DNA of 64,000 nucleotides from Octopus sinensis (taxonomy: Eukaryota), in assembly GCF_006345805.1 (NCBI RefSeq), contig NC_043009.1, positions 19,592,001 through 19,656,000 of the forward strand. Direction: 5' to 3'. Position numbers and translations under genes: made by a program. This document shows, piece after piece, positions 21,393-35,429 of the stretch. Numbering within the stretch: position 1 is the first letter of the stretch; the number at the start of each line of letters is the position of its first letter. Under the pieces are notes generated by a model, which was given only the letters and a program-made list of their open reading frames with translations, ran no database searches and had not been told where the DNA came from.

Positions 21393-24300
21393 TCAGGTCA
21401 CTTACGAGGCTCTCGCAAGTGCTACTGGCAACATGGAATCCTTTTGCATGGTCGAGTTGTCGGCGACTAAACCGCCCCCACCCAGGCTATCCTGGTGACG
21501 AGGGTTACTAGAAACCCAGCAGGATTAAAAACAAGACCTGTTGAAAAGTCAGATGAACCTCGTGCAGGTTCAACGCCCATCTAGCAGAAATTCCAGGATG
21601 GTGTCCGGCGTGCTAGAAGACCACTGGGAGTGAGGCACCCCTCAGCTTCTGTTGAAGCATGTCTCTAGGAGAAGGTCATTCTGATACAAACCCAGATACG
21701 CAGGGAATGGCATTGGACATTTTGGGGATCTTTGGTTTGTGCTAGAGATCACGGCGCTCCCACATCCCTGAGCCTGTGACTCATATTGGCACCAGACATC
21801 TTGCTCCGGCTTGTCTCTGGATAATGTCAATAAAGTGGAGAGGGTCTATGAGGTATTGTGCAAGCCTTTTTGAACCTAAAACTCTGCACAGGCATTGCTG
21901 ACCTCTACTCGATATGTGCTGCTTTTTTCCCCCCTATATATATTTATTTTATTTTTAGTATATATGTATCTTTATTTTTAGTATATATTTATTTTATTTT
22001 CATTTGGAAGTCCTGCGGCGGTGGGAAGGTGGCGAAGTAGGCAGACCTGACGGGTTGGAAGCATGTAGTCAGCAACGTGCACGTAGGCGGCCCATGCTAG
22101 ATATAAAGTCGTCTGCCTGTTGCCCATGGCAGCAATAGGATTCGGTTGCTGCATGGGTGTCTGAGCAGCTCCATTTGGAGAGGGTACTGCTCACCCGGAG
22201 GCCGGGAAGGTTCTAGAAAAGGTAAACCAAAAATTGTCTGTCTCTCTATATCTGGTCAGTTTAGCGCGACTGACGGATGTCCACCTTGCGCTCGAAAAGC
22301 AAACAGACTTTTTCTACAAAATCTGGACTTTTTTCTACAAAATTCATGTTGGAATGTGCGCACTCTGTTGAATAACAAGAATTATTGTAGGCCTGAAAGA
22401 CGCACTGCACTTGTTGCGCGCGAGCTGAATCGCTATTACATTGATGTAGCTGCACTTCCAAAGACTCGTATAGAAGATGATGGTCAGCTTGAGGAAGTAG
22501 GAGGTGGATACACCTTTTTTGGAAGAGGATGCAGGAGGAGCGCAGAGAGGCTGGTGTTGGCTTTGCAGTTCAATATGATGTTCTTAAGAAGCTGGAGGAG
22601 CTTCTTGTTCCTATAAATGAACGTCTAATGACTCTACGATTGCATCTGAAAGGTGGGCGGTTTGCTACTCTAATAAGTGCCTATGCACTTACTTTGACTA
22701 GTTGTGATGAAGATAAAACTATATTTTATACCTAGCTGAGAGCCATACTTAGAAAAATCCCCAATTCTGATAAAGTCATTCTACTGAAGGATTTCAATGC
22801 CAGGGTTGGAACAGACTGGCAGACATGGAACTTTCTAGGACGTTTTGGTGTAGGGAAAATAAATAGCAATGGTCTCATGCTGCTGGAGCTATGCGATGAA
22901 CATGGACTTTATATCGCAAGTACTCATTTTATGCACAAAAGAAATCACACAACAACGTGGATGCATCCCAGGTCTAAAGTTTGGCACTTGCTGGATTATG
23001 TCATCATCCGCAAGCGTGACATCTATGACATTTGTAATGTCAAGTCCTTTCATGGATCGGAATACTGGACAGACCACATTCTGGTGCGAGCAAAGTTCCA
23101 GATGATGTTTAGGGCGAAAGAGAGAAGAGGGCCAGTCGGCATTCCTCGTCGTCTGAATGTCCACAAGATATATGATGATGCGTTGAGGAAAGAGCTTCAG
23201 ACTCGTTTGTCCAGCATCAAAAATACTACAGTATAGGAAGATTTTCGATACTAGGTTCTTCAATCTGCTGCTGAAATGTGCTGCTACCGCCAGACACAAA
23301 GACTGGTTTGATGAAAATGATGCTGAAGTTCCGCGACTATTGGCTGTAAAGTGCCATACCCACTATGTATTACTGCACAGATGACTTTCAGCTGTGCAGC
23401 GAAATCTAGCGCTTCCCCACTATAGCAGTGTAAAATCATTACTGCAGCGATCTCTCAGGAAGATGCAGAACACGTGGTGGGAGGATCTTGCTCGTGATGT
23501 TCAGGCTGCTGCTGATGCAAATGACAGCAAGAAGCTTTACCATCTTATGAAGGGAGCTTATGGACCTAAGAGTTCCACATCACCTCTTTTGCTTTCCAAT
23601 GAGTCTTCCACTCTGTTTACTAAATCAACAGAAATCACAGGTCGCTGGATCGAACACTTCTCTGAACTCTTAAACCATGAGTCCGTTGTGGATGAAACAG
23701 TGACCGATACTATGCAACAAAGACCTATCACTGGCTCCTTGAATGAGATGATATTAATAGGTAAACTGAATCTTGATTGGGCACCAGGAAGGGATGGAAT
23801 TTGTGCTGAGGTCTTGCAATTTGGTGGTGATTACATCATACAGTCTCTTCGTGAACTTATTAGTGCAGTCTGGAGGGATGGTGCAATGCCTAAGGACTGG
23901 AAAGATGCAATTATTCTTCTCTACAAAGGAACAGGAGCCAGAACAATGTGTGGTAACTACAGAGGTATTGCTCTACTATCAGCTGCTGGCAAGGTTCTGG
24001 CAAATAGTCTTCCTACCCACCTGAATGGGTGTCTCGTAAATGATGTCCTGTCTGAATCTAAATGTGGCTTCCGATCTGGTAGAGGGACAATGGATATGAT
24101 TTTCACAGCAAGACAGATGCAGGAGAAGTGTGCTATGAGCAGAATATAGATCTTGTCCAGGTATTCATAGATTTAATGAAGGCCTTCGATACTGTGAATA
24201 GGGCCTTGCTATGGAAAATACTTGGCAAACTTGGATGTCCGGATCACTTTGTATCTATAATTAAATCATTTCATGATGGGATGGAGGCTTGGGTCATTGT

Positions 24301-25348
24301 TGGTGGTGCCATGGCGGGACCCATTCCTGTAGAGAATGGTGTCAAGCAGGGTGACACCCTTGCCCCAACTCTCTTTTCTTTGTACTTTGCTGCTGCTTTT
24401 ATTCATACTTTTGCTAAGGTTAGCTCTCTGGGAATATTTGTCAAGTATCGATCTTTTGGTCACCTCTTTAATCTGCACCGATTTGCAGCCAATTCAAAAG
24501 TTTTCCAGTCTCTTATTCGTGACCTCCTTTATGCAGATGACTGTGACTTAGTCACTCATACAGTGGATGACATGCAAATACTTATGAATCGTATTTCTGC
24601 TTCTTGCAAGGCATTTGGACTCAGCATTAGCCTGGACAAGACTGTTGTAATGTTCTAACCTGCACCAGGAAATCCATACGTGGAACCAGCTATTTTGGTT
24701 GAAGGAACAATTCTTCAGTTTGTCTACCTGGGCAGCACACTCAGCCATTTTTGCTTCCTGGATGATGAAATTTCTTTTAGGCTGCAGAGAGCTACTGATT
24801 CCTTCCGGTCTCTTCAGTTTCGTGTCTGGCCCCAGCATGGCATCACAAGGCAAACAAAAATTGCTGTGTACCGTGCATGCGTACTGACATCGCTCCTTTA
24901 CTCATGTGAGACGCGGACCCTTTACAAACGTCATGCAAGGGTCCTTGAACACTTTCATCAGAGATGTCTGAGGCACATTCTGAATGTTGGCTTGACCTTA
25001 AAAACTCCTTAAAAACACAGGCCCTGAGGACAGCCGATATCTTGAGTATTGAGGCGATGGTGCAAAAGCACCAGTTACGTTGGATTGGACACCTTATTAG
25101 AATGAAGGATAGCAGAATCTCTAAGCAGATACTATATGGGGAACTTGTGAAGGGAAAGTGACCCCGGCAGAAACCAAGGCTGCCATTTAAGGACTGTGTC
25201 AAGTCCTCATTAAAGGCCTGTGATATGCAGGAGACTGACTGGAAGAGCAATGCCTGTCATCACCACAAATGGAGGAAGCAGGTTAAGGAGGGGGTCGACA
25301 CCTGAGGGTCAGCAATGGTCTTCCTCGGTCACGAATGCACGGCCATCA
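21393..25348 (+). mobile_element. Near-full-length RTE (BovB-like) LINE, pseudogenised
   Basis: APE domain WNVRTLL..RPERRTALVARELNRY, DFNARVG, LLDYVI, WTDH. RT motifs YRGIALL, FIDLMKAFDTV, GVKQGDTLAP, YADDC, YLGS. Flanked by (TATG)n on both sides; several stops and frameshifts. Confidence 0.95.
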
Positions 25349-26439
25349 TGTATGTATGAATGTATGTATGTATGTGTGTGTGTGTGTGATTGTGTTCACT
25401 TGTGTGAGCGCACGTGTGTGTGTATTTATCTATGTATGTGTGTGCTGTAATTTTTCTATGAGTTTCTCTCTAACTTTTCCAGACCCTTTTCCTTCCTTTA
25501 TGATTTGAGGCGAGATTTGGTTGCTATCTCTCACAGATCAAACAACTACACTATTTCTAACTACGTTTAAGCTAACCCTGATCTATTAAATTTATGTTCA
25601 AAGGCAGTCCAATTGTGACCATCTGTTTTTTTTTCAGAATATCCTTTGAGACGATAATTTGAGGGAAATTAGGCTGTTATTTCTAATATGCTGAACGACC
25701 ACAGAATCCCCGAAGTTTAAAAGGAATGAAGCAAGAAGAAAATATCCGGCTGAGAAAACATTTTATTTATCAAAGATTTAACAGAAATGTGACTGTGTTT
25801 GAAAAATGAGTTTAAACAAGAGTGCCAGTAGGTTTTTAGTTAAAAACAGTATTTTAATAGCCGTAGAAAATCTATCCATACTGTATATTAAATTGAGACA
25901 ATGTCAGGATTTGAATTAGAAGCTCAGAGTTAATATTTCTTTCGAGTTTCGACATCAATCAAGGTGCAGTAGCCATCGTTTATACTTACGAGTTATTTCC
26001 CTTGTTCCATTACAAAACCTGGCATTCACCCTTCATTGTAATTTTGGATCTAGACGTCTTTTCGGGTGTCCCAATATTATTTAGAGTGGATACCAGATTC
26101 TCCTGGCAAGATGTATAATTTAATAGAGCCTGCATCCATTTATTTTGATGGTTAATTTACTGGTTTCTTTTTTCTAATTATTTTTTAAAATTCGTTTTCT
26201 TGCAATCAAATACAAAAACGAAACATTCTTATTGTTCAATCTTTGGTTCCCTATAAACTGAACTCGTGACTTCAAATTGTTATCATATCTTTTGAAGAAT
26301 AAATAATGAGTTTGAAAATATAAATAATTTACAGATTTCAAATTACTGAGGTCACGGAACCATTTAAAACATCAGCCTCAAGTCAAAAATTAGGAATTTA
26401 AAATGTGATATTTATAGCTGGACAATATAATATCACGAT

Positions 26440-26715
26440 ATTGACCAGACAATCGGATGTTGTTATATATCACTGGTCACAATGCACTTTGCAATGTTTT
26501 AGTTTTCAAATGATGTCACCTTAGTAATGGTTAGGGATGCGGACCAACATTCGCTTTGATCGGAATACTGTTCTCTCGAAAGGTGGTCCATTTACAGGTG
26601 AATGCACTGGCGTAACGTGAAATGAATTGCTTTGCTCAAAGGCACAAAGAGCCACTCTGTCCGGGAATCGAACCCGAGATTCAACAATCGTGAGTGCAAC
26701 ACCACAACGACTAAG
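26440..26715 (-). mobile_element. tRNA-derived SINE (composite/degenerate)
   Basis: Minus-strand head ggcttagtcgttgtggtg..cacgattgttgaatctcgggttcgattcccggac (A/B boxes), followed by ttgagcaaagcaatt. Confidence 0.65.
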
Positions 26716-26888
26716 CCAGCGTCAGCATAATAAAACAGTGTAATATAAATACAATATTTTAATTAGAAATTTAAAGGATAATATTATAAGCAGGAAACTA
26801 ATTTGCTCTACATAGTTAAACTGTATGTATGTATGTATGTATGTATGTATGTATCCACATTATACATATATATATATATATATATATG

Positions 26889-26922
<34 letters not shown>

Positions 26923-27094
26923 ATTGGTATTATTATATTATATTATATCATATCAAAGAGAACGGTGTACTTCGAGATTCCTCCTCAACTGGGTGGTTCA
27001 GACAGTCGCGCAAAACTCAACTAAGGGTGAAACTTAGAGGAGAATGATAACTGTGATATACATACATACATATACCATATAGGGGTGTATATGG

Positions 27095-27126
<32 letters not shown>

Positions 27127-27197
27127 TGTATGTATGTATGTATATATATATATATTATATATATATATATATATATATTGTTGTGGTGTGTGCATAT

Positions 27198-27266
<69 letters not shown>

Positions 27267-27404
27267 AGGAGGCATGAGAAGCGAATATATTTAACCGCTT
27301 GTCGTCCGTAGGATTACGGTCGATTCGCAGCCTTCATCCTGAAATAATAATTTCATTGTATAATAAATTATGTTTACATGTCTACACTAACAGGCATTAT
27401 ACAA

Positions 27405-27605
27405 TAAGGCGGCGAGCTAGCAGAAACGTTAGCACGCCGGGCCAAATGCTTAGCAGTATTTCGTCTGTCTTTATGTTTTGAGTTCAAATTCTGCCGAGGT
27501 CGACTTTGCGTTTCATCCTTTCGAGGTCGATAAATTAAGTACCAGTTCCGTACTGGGGTCGATCTAATCGACTGGCTCCCTCTCCAAAATTTTCGGGCCT
27601 TGTGT
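27405..27605 (+). mobile_element. tRNA-derived SINE (second family), near full length
   Basis: aggcggcgagctagcagaaacgttagcacgccggg..gagttcaaattctgccgaggtcgactttgcgtttcatcctttcgaggtcgataaattaagtaccagt..ggggtcgatctaatcgac. Confidence 0.85.
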
Positions 27606-28166
27606 CACACACACACACATAAAAGAAATTTAAAATGCACTGAGATTCGTTTTGATTGAAAATTTTTAAAGACTTAACCGGTTTCACAGATTTTTCTGAT
27701 TTTCAAAGGTTGAGGATAGAAAGACGTGGAACTATGCTGCGACTGTCTTGCTTCTGACTGGAGTTCAAAAATTCTTTCGTTTCCATAGACAGAACATGGC
27801 TCAAGTTAGTATCTATTTTGGACATACATACATACCTACCTACCTACTTACCTACCCACCTACCTACCTACCTACCTACCCACCTACCTACCTACCTACC
27901 TACCTACCTACTTACCTACATAGATACATACATACATGCATACCTAACTACGTACGTACGTACCTACATACATACATACATACATACATACATACATACA
28001 TACATACATACATACATACATACATAAATGAAGAGTAGATAGACAGCCGACAACTGATGAAGGGTCTTTTCTCTGTGTTTACTTGTCCTGTTCTCCATTT
28101 GTTTTCTCGTTGTTTATGTATTTCATGTTGTTTGAACCGTTGGTGATGTCCTGTACCCATCTATGC

Positions 28167-28223
<57 letters not shown>

Positions 28224-28234
28224 CACATACATAT

Positions 28235-28293
<59 letters not shown>

Positions 28294-28699
28294 ATATATC
28301 TCATAAAATTCTATGAATTAATCTTTGTCTTCATAAAGGCTAGCAGTAAGAATATTTGAGTTCCTCAAGTACATAAAGATGAATCAGAAAACAGCGTGAT
28401 TCGTTTTTCTTTTTTTTTAAATCTTAGTCAACGATCAACACCTATCTTAGTAGTTATAGTAGTTTAGCCCCCGGTTGATCCTGATTTAGCTGATCTGTGA
28501 TAAACGGTGTTCCACTCATGACCATCACATCATATTTTTCAGGCACAGTATATTTAGGATTTCGCTATCTGTTACGTTCTTGTTTGAAATGGAAGGACAG
28601 ACGGTCACGAGCAAATTTTTTCGTACTCAAACTCCATCGGAACTCAAGTAAAAATAGTCCAGTACACTTTTAGCACAAAAGGCGTGTGTGTATGAATGT

Positions 28700-28755
<56 letters not shown>

Positions 28756-28819
28756 TTGAGTGTGTGTGTGTATGTATGTAATTATGTATGTAGGTATGTA
28801 TGTATGTATCTATCTATCA

Positions 28820-28985
<166 letters not shown>

Positions 28986-29112
28986 ACTAGTCATGTGCAA
29001 ATTGAAGCTCGCCAACGAAAAGTTACCTTGAATGTTTTTAGTAGTGAGACTTGCCTGATGATAAGTCTCGACTCATGCGGCCCGTTTCTCGGGAGAGGTT
29101 CCTCATGCCTGC

Positions 29113-29150
<38 letters not shown>

Positions 29151-29172
29151 CACACACAGACACACAGACACA

Positions 29173-29248
<76 letters not shown>

Positions 29249-29776
29249 AGCAAACAATTATTAGATACAAATTTATTAATTGAAATTTACGAAAATTTTA
29301 GATTTAGAATCTCAATTTATATTTTTGACATTTCAAAAAATATAGTTTAAATATTTTAGCGGCACCATAGCTCCATTTTGAGACATACCTAGCTACTTCT
29401 TGTTGTATACCATATGGGAAATAGACAGCATAGTATGGTTTGAGAGGAATTTACTTCCTATTTCTAGCAAGTCAAGTGACACTTAGCGAGTCTTTCCTGT
29501 GATTTGCAATTAAATTTGTAACTATAAACAACATTATTTAATTTAACTGTAATTTTTACTTGTTCCAGTCTTTGGATTACGACTATGCAAGGAGAATACT
29601 TTGAAGGGTTTCTGTCGAACAAACCAATTCCAGTATGTATTTTTTAAAGTACTATTCTATCGATTGCTTGTGCTGAAGAGCTAAGTTGTAGGAACATAAT
29701 AAACAAACCAACAGCGGCTGTGAGCGGTGAAGTGGGAACAAATACAAACTCATTATATATATATACAGACTATACA

Positions 29777-29836
<60 letters not shown>

Positions 29837-30034
29837 ACACACACACACACACACAGAGGTTAGGAGAGGTAATGGTGTCAATAAGACCCAAAAGTGTCAG
29901 GTAATGCTGAGTAAGTGCTATGGGCAGACCATAGTTAAGCTCCAGGTTCGGCGATTATGCGAATAAGGAGTCCAACGTAGGTCAGATATCAGCGTGTGTA
30001 TGTACAAAAAATTTTTTTTTTCAGAATGAGACAG

Positions 30035-30423
30035 AAAACCAAGGCTGCGAAGATTTTGGAACATTTATAAATAGGACTTACAGCTGTTTCTAGGATATTT
30101 ATTATATCCCTTCATCGGAGACGGTGTGAGAAAATGGTTAAGCAATAGTTAATTTAGGTAAGATATGAAATAGAGAGTGAGTGAAATAGATGTGAGATAT
30201 GCAGGGATATCGCATTTGTAATGGATCGACAAATGCAATATCCCTGCATATCTCACATCTCTTTTCATTCCTCTACTTCACTCTCTATTTCATATCTTAC
30301 CTAAATTAACTATTGCTTAACCATTTTCTCACACCGTCTCCGATGAAGGGATATAATAAATATCCCGGAAACAGCTGTAGACCTATTTATAAATGTTCTA
30401 AAATCTTCACAGCCTTGTTTTTT
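30035..30423. repeat. Palindrome (~185-190-bp arms, ~9-nt spacer at 30220-30228) of a hammerhead-bearing repeat
   Basis: gcagggatatcgcatttgt aatggatcg acaaatgcaatatccctgc. The arms carry gtctCCGATGAagggatat..atatccc.GAAACAGCTGTA. Confidence 0.9.
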
Positions 30424-30457
30424 TTTTTTATCTCAATTTGAATATATATATATATGT

Positions 30458-30533
<76 letters not shown>

Positions 30534-30554
30534 TGTATATATAAATACTATACT

Positions 30555-30688
30555 TACCAACCACATGGTTCCGGTTTCAATCCCACTGCGTGACACCTTG
30601 CGCAGGTGTCTTCTACCGTAGCCTCGGGTAGACCAAAGCCTTATGAGTGGATTTGGTAGACGGAAACTGAAAGAAGCCCGTCGTATAT

Positions 30689-30719
<31 letters not shown>

Positions 30720-30830
30720 GTATGTGGTGTGTGTGTCTTTGTCTCCTCACCATCGCTTGACAACCGATGTTGGTGTATTTACGTCCCAGCAATCTAGCGG
30801 TTCGGCAAAAGACCGATAGAATTAGTACTT
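30555..30830 (+). mobile_element. tRNA-derived SINE (abundant family)
   Basis: accaaccacatggttccggtttcaatcccactgcgtgacaccttg...gaaagaagcccgtcgtatat...cggttcggcaaaagaccgatagaattagtact. Confidence 0.85.
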
Positions 30831-30849
30831 GACACAAGACCAGCAGTTT

Positions 30850-30980
30850 GGGTGTTCAACTGGTCCTTATTTTATCGACCCCGAAAAATGGAAGGCAAAG
30901 TCAGCCTTAGCGGAATTTGAACGCAGAACATAAAGTCGGACAAAATGAAGCTAAGCATTTTGTCCGGCGTGCTAATGATT
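30850..30980 (-). mobile_element. tRNA-derived SINE (second family), partial; another partial copy at 31345-31500
   Basis: ttttatcgaccccgaaaaatggaaggcaaagtc..gcggaatttgaacgcagaac is the reverse complement of the family core. Confidence 0.7.
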
Positions 30981-32018
30981 CTGCTAGGGCTCTGCCTTCA
31001 TTGGTTTTAATATTGAAACGAGAAAGAATTAGTTTAAATTCCTCAACAGCGCTTCATTCCATCTTTGGTGTTCTGAGATCAAATCTCAACAGCACCGATT
31101 TTTCTTCCGTTTCATTTTACAGGAGTTGGTGGAATAAATACCAGTTATAAACTCAGGATCAATCCAACCTGCCACTCCATGTTTTATTTGTTTATTCTTT
31201 TACATCACACTGACCCATCCGCGACCATCATGTTTGCTCTCTTTCTTTGTTTTTAGAGGATGTAAATAGGGGGTCGGGTGTAGTTTCGTGTAGCCTTCGT
31301 TGGAAGAAAGCGAACATCGTGTATAGCCTACCCGACGATTCTCTCACAGCCACTTTATTTGTCGACCCTGGAATGATGAAAAACAAAGTCGACTTTAGCG
31401 AGATTTGAACTCAGAACGTTCAGAGTCGGAACAAACACGGCAAGGTATTGTATTCAGCGTTTTAACGACTCTTCTGCCAATTCGCCGCCTCTTCCTCAAT
31501 ACGAATGAAATTTTAATTAAAACATTGTTTTTTGTTTTATCTCACGACATTAACTATGGCAGCCCTCACTTAGCTGTATATCTTTCTCACAGAAGGGACC
31601 CCTGGGATAATTCTCCCCCGCTCCTCGCAAATAACATTATTTAGACTAATTAGTCTCATACCTCAACATTCTGTGTTCAAAACCCATCGGAGTCTACTTT
31701 GTCTTTTATCGATTCAGGGTCAATAAATTTATAATCAATTGATTTGATCGATTATGTATATAATCAATAAAAAAATTTATATCGAATATAACGTAAAGAA
31801 TAATTATAGTTCTGAGATGTATTTAGTCATTTTGTTAATAAGCATGGATGTGTGGTTAAATGGCTCGCTTTGCATCTTCATGGTTTAGGTTTCAAACCCC
31901 CTTAGATCGACTAATGTCTTGGGGTGAAATTTGGCCGATGGTAAAAATATGAAATAAAAACCGATGGAAAAATCATCTGGTGTTCTTCGGTGGCTGACTT
32001 AAGCCGTTCCTCGTCTGG

Positions 32019-32142
32019 TCAAACATCACCACTTGATCCTTGGCTATCTTTGGTAGAGTCCACTCTGTTGTAAACATTAGGACCCAGTTGCTGTTCCGAG
32101 AGGAAACACCTCACACCCTCCCTCTTACCAGTTTTGCAAACT
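32019..32142 (-). CDS. Candidate terminal coding exon (VCKTGKREGVRCFLSEQQLGPNVYNRVDSTKDSQGSSGDV*)
   Basis: Strong acceptor tttttatactcttttcag|AGTTTG at 32143/32142. One frame is open for 40 codons to TGA; unique, relatively GC-rich sequence. Product not recognised. Confidence 0.4.
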
Positions 32143-32269
32143 CTGAAAAGAGTATAAAAACTAAAAGTTTAAACAAAACATTGGTTTCTAACACTCACAG
32201 AAAATTACGAATTATTGGGGATGACCGGTGTCGACTTAACTGGACCCAGTATATGACTTGTGAAAGTGC

Positions 32270-32470
32270 CAGGTTTAGTGGTTAAGGGGTTGCCCTCACA
32301 ATCGTGAACTGTGTTGTTGAGCAAAACACTTCATTTCTCGTTGCTCCAGTCTACTCAGCTGTAAACGGGTTACACCCTACAACGGATCGGCGCTCCGTTC
32401 AGGCGGAATGCTGGGTCCTAGGTCACTTATACGCCATGGAAATCAGGTAAGCAGCCCCATGAGTTCTGGG
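32270..32470 (+). mobile_element. tRNA-derived SINE (third family)
   Basis: ggtttagtggttaaggggttgccctcacaatc...gttgagcaaaacacttcatttc..tgctccagtctactcagctg. Confidence 0.6.
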
Positions 32471-32719
32471 AGTCAAGACATAATGTCTAGGGGACTTAAT
32501 ATATGACTGTATTTGATTTCATCAACCAAAGAAGGACGAAAAACAAACTAAGGCGGGGATTTAAACACAAAATTTAAGGTTATGTTAACCGATGCTCTAC
32601 CGATTCGAGCAACCCTCAGTGGGATTTGAATATCACTGCATATTTTGGTTAACTTGGTACCGATTCTGTGAATCTGTTATCTTTAGTAAAATAAAGATTC
32701 CTAACAAAGACAGACCTCA

Positions 32720-32783
<64 letters not shown>

Positions 32784-33429
32784 GTGGGTGGTGGGTGATG
32801 GTGAAAGGTTATCAACGATTATGCTTGCCGCGGTATATAACAGGTATTTCATTTTACTGGTTCCTCAAATGGTAAAAGGTAAAGTTGACCTAGGCGTGAT
32901 TTGAACTCGAAACATAAAGAACCATGATTAAAACTGCTCGGAGTATAATAAATATTTAGGGAAAAATTTGCCAGAGAATAGAGAAAAGAAAAATACAGCA
33001 GAATAGCGGAATGGGAGATTAAGAATTAAAGGGAAAGGAATGTGTGTGTGTGTGTGTGTGTATGCGCGCGCGCAAGTATATGCACCAAACACATCATCTG
33101 TTTATCTATATATGTATGTATGGACATACATATTGTGCACGCGTGTGTGAGGGTAGATTCGCTTAAAAAAACAGGCACGTGTGTGTGTATGTGTGTGTGC
33201 GAAAGTGCGCGGGTGTGTGTTTGCGTGTGTGTGCGTGTATGTGTGCGTGCGTGAGTGTGCGTGTGCGTGCGTGTGTGCGCGCGTGTGTGTGCACTTGCGT
33301 CTTTACATGATATACTTCAAAGAACCGTTTCGCAATCAGACACGCGCAAAGCAAACAGACACGCACACATATACACCCACCTATTTCTGTATGTGTGTGT
33401 GTGTGTGTGTGTGTGTATCTATCTCTCTA

Positions 33430-33467
<38 letters not shown>

Positions 33468-33816
33468 TTATCTATCTATCTATCTATTTATTCATGTCTG
33501 TTTGTCTGACTGTCTGTCTGTCTTCTGTCTTTGCATATATGCATACAAATATATGCACGCGCGTGCACGCACTCACGCATGCACACACACATACCCACAC
33601 ACACGCACACACACACACACACACACAATCGGTAGTAAGTCTATATGTATTCCAGAAGGGTCGTGGATCGAAACCTGCATTAGCTTTCCACCTTTTACCG
33701 TCCAAAGGACTTTTAATCCAATGTATATCACCAGCTGTCATTTTTAGCTCAGACGCACCGAAATACATCGCTCATATGTATACATAGGTACACACACACA
33801 CACACACACACATGCA

Positions 33817-33925
<109 letters not shown>

Positions 33926-34117
33926 GCGTTTGTGTGTGTGTGTGGTGTGTGTGTGTGTGTGTGTCAGTGCATCTTTGTCGCCCACCACTGCTTGACAACA
34001 CCACTCTTGGTTTAAGTCCCTGTAACTTAGCAGTTCGGTTAATAGGGCAATAAATAAGTACTAAGCTTGAAAGTGTATTAGGGTCAATTAGTTCGAATAA
34101 ACATTCTTACGTATATA

Positions 34118-34183
<66 letters not shown>

Positions 34184-34284
34184 GATATATATATATATAT
34201 ATATATATTATTTATATATATATATATATATATATAATATAAATATATATATATATATGTGTGTGGTGTGTGTGTGCGTGTATG

Positions 34285-34316
<32 letters not shown>

Positions 34317-34374
34317 TGTATGTATGTATGTATGTATGTATGTATGATAATACATATATATATATATGTAATAC

Positions 34375-34655
34375 AAAATGGGACAAGAAACGCAAAATCA
34401 TCCGACAGTTAGGTGGTTCCAAAAATGGACAACAAAACATCAAAACATAGACGATATTATATAAGATATATATATAACGGAAAGCTTTATGAAAATAAAC
34501 AAAAGACGAAGGCGGGTGGAATACAAACAACAATTGTATTGTATGGCGCCTCAGGAATATAAATAAAACAAGTCATTTACTTTTCGAGCCTACGCTCTTC
34601 AACAGAAAAGATACACAGAAAAAAGAATATGGAAAGAAACAGGAGAGAAAAAAAA
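34375..34655 (-). mobile_element. Second copy of the 17085-17280 hammerhead-like repeat
   Basis: Minus strand ctttTCTGTTGAagagcgtaggctcGAAAAGTaaatg, plus shared downstream sequence (ttcct.ag.cg..ccacc.g.cttcgt). Confidence 0.6.
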
Positions 34656-34660
34656 TCATA

Positions 34661-34689
<29 letters not shown>

Positions 34690-34696
<7 letters not shown>

Positions 34697-35066
34697 GTTT
34701 CAGTCATTTGACTGCGGCCATGCTGGAGCACCGCCTTTAGTCGAGCAACTCGACCCCGGGACTTATTCTTTGTAAGTTCAGTACTTATTCTATCGGTCGG
34801 TCTCTTTTTGCCGAACCGCTAAGTGACGGGACGTAAACACACCAGCATCGGTTGTCAAGCAATGCTAGGGGGACAAACACAGACACAATAACACACATAC
34901 ATATACATATATATACGACAGGCTTCTTTCAGTTTCCGTCTACCAAATCCATTCACAAGGCATTGGTCGGCCCGGGCTATAGCAGAAGACACTTGCCCAA
35001 GATGCCACGCAGTGGGACTGAACCCGGAACCATGTGGTTTGGTTAGCAGCTACTTACCACACAGCC
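34690..35066 (-). mobile_element. Full-length, young-looking tRNA-derived SINE (abundant family)
   Basis: Minus strand ggctgtgtggtaagtagctgctaaccaaccacatggttccgggttcagtcccactgcgtggc...aaggcggtgctccagcatggccgcagtcaaatgactgaaacaagtaaaa followed by poly-A. Confidence 0.9.
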
Positions 35067-35329
35067 ATACCCGTATCTCTCTCTGTCTCTCTCTCTGTCT
35101 CTTTCTCTGTCTCTCTCTGTCTCTCTCTCTCCCTCCTCTCTCCTCTCATCGTATCTCTCTATAATATATAGATATATTAAATATCTATATATATATATTA
35201 TATATATATATATATACACACGTATATGTGTTTCTATAATATAATACATATCAGAGAGATGACCACTTCATATTTTAATAACTAGACCACTGGTTTTAAT
35301 AAGTTGATATTAATCAAATTAATATTTAT

Positions 35330-35429
35330 NNNNNNNNNNNNNNNNNNNNNNNNNNNNNNNNNNNNNNNNNNNNNNNNNNNNNNNNNNNNNNNNNNNNNNN
35401 NNNNNNNNNNNNNNNNNNNNNNNNNNNNN
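35330..35429. other. Assembly gap (100 N)
   Basis: Run of N. Confidence 0.99.

Noticed and set aside
26645-26715. tRNA-like sequences (also 2205, 32270, 35040, 52030)
   Set aside because: A/B boxes are present but there is no complete cloverleaf, and each continues into SINE bodies.
28050-28075. CTGATGA motif (also CTGACGA at ~62930)
   Set aside because: No helix II followed by GAAA downstream.
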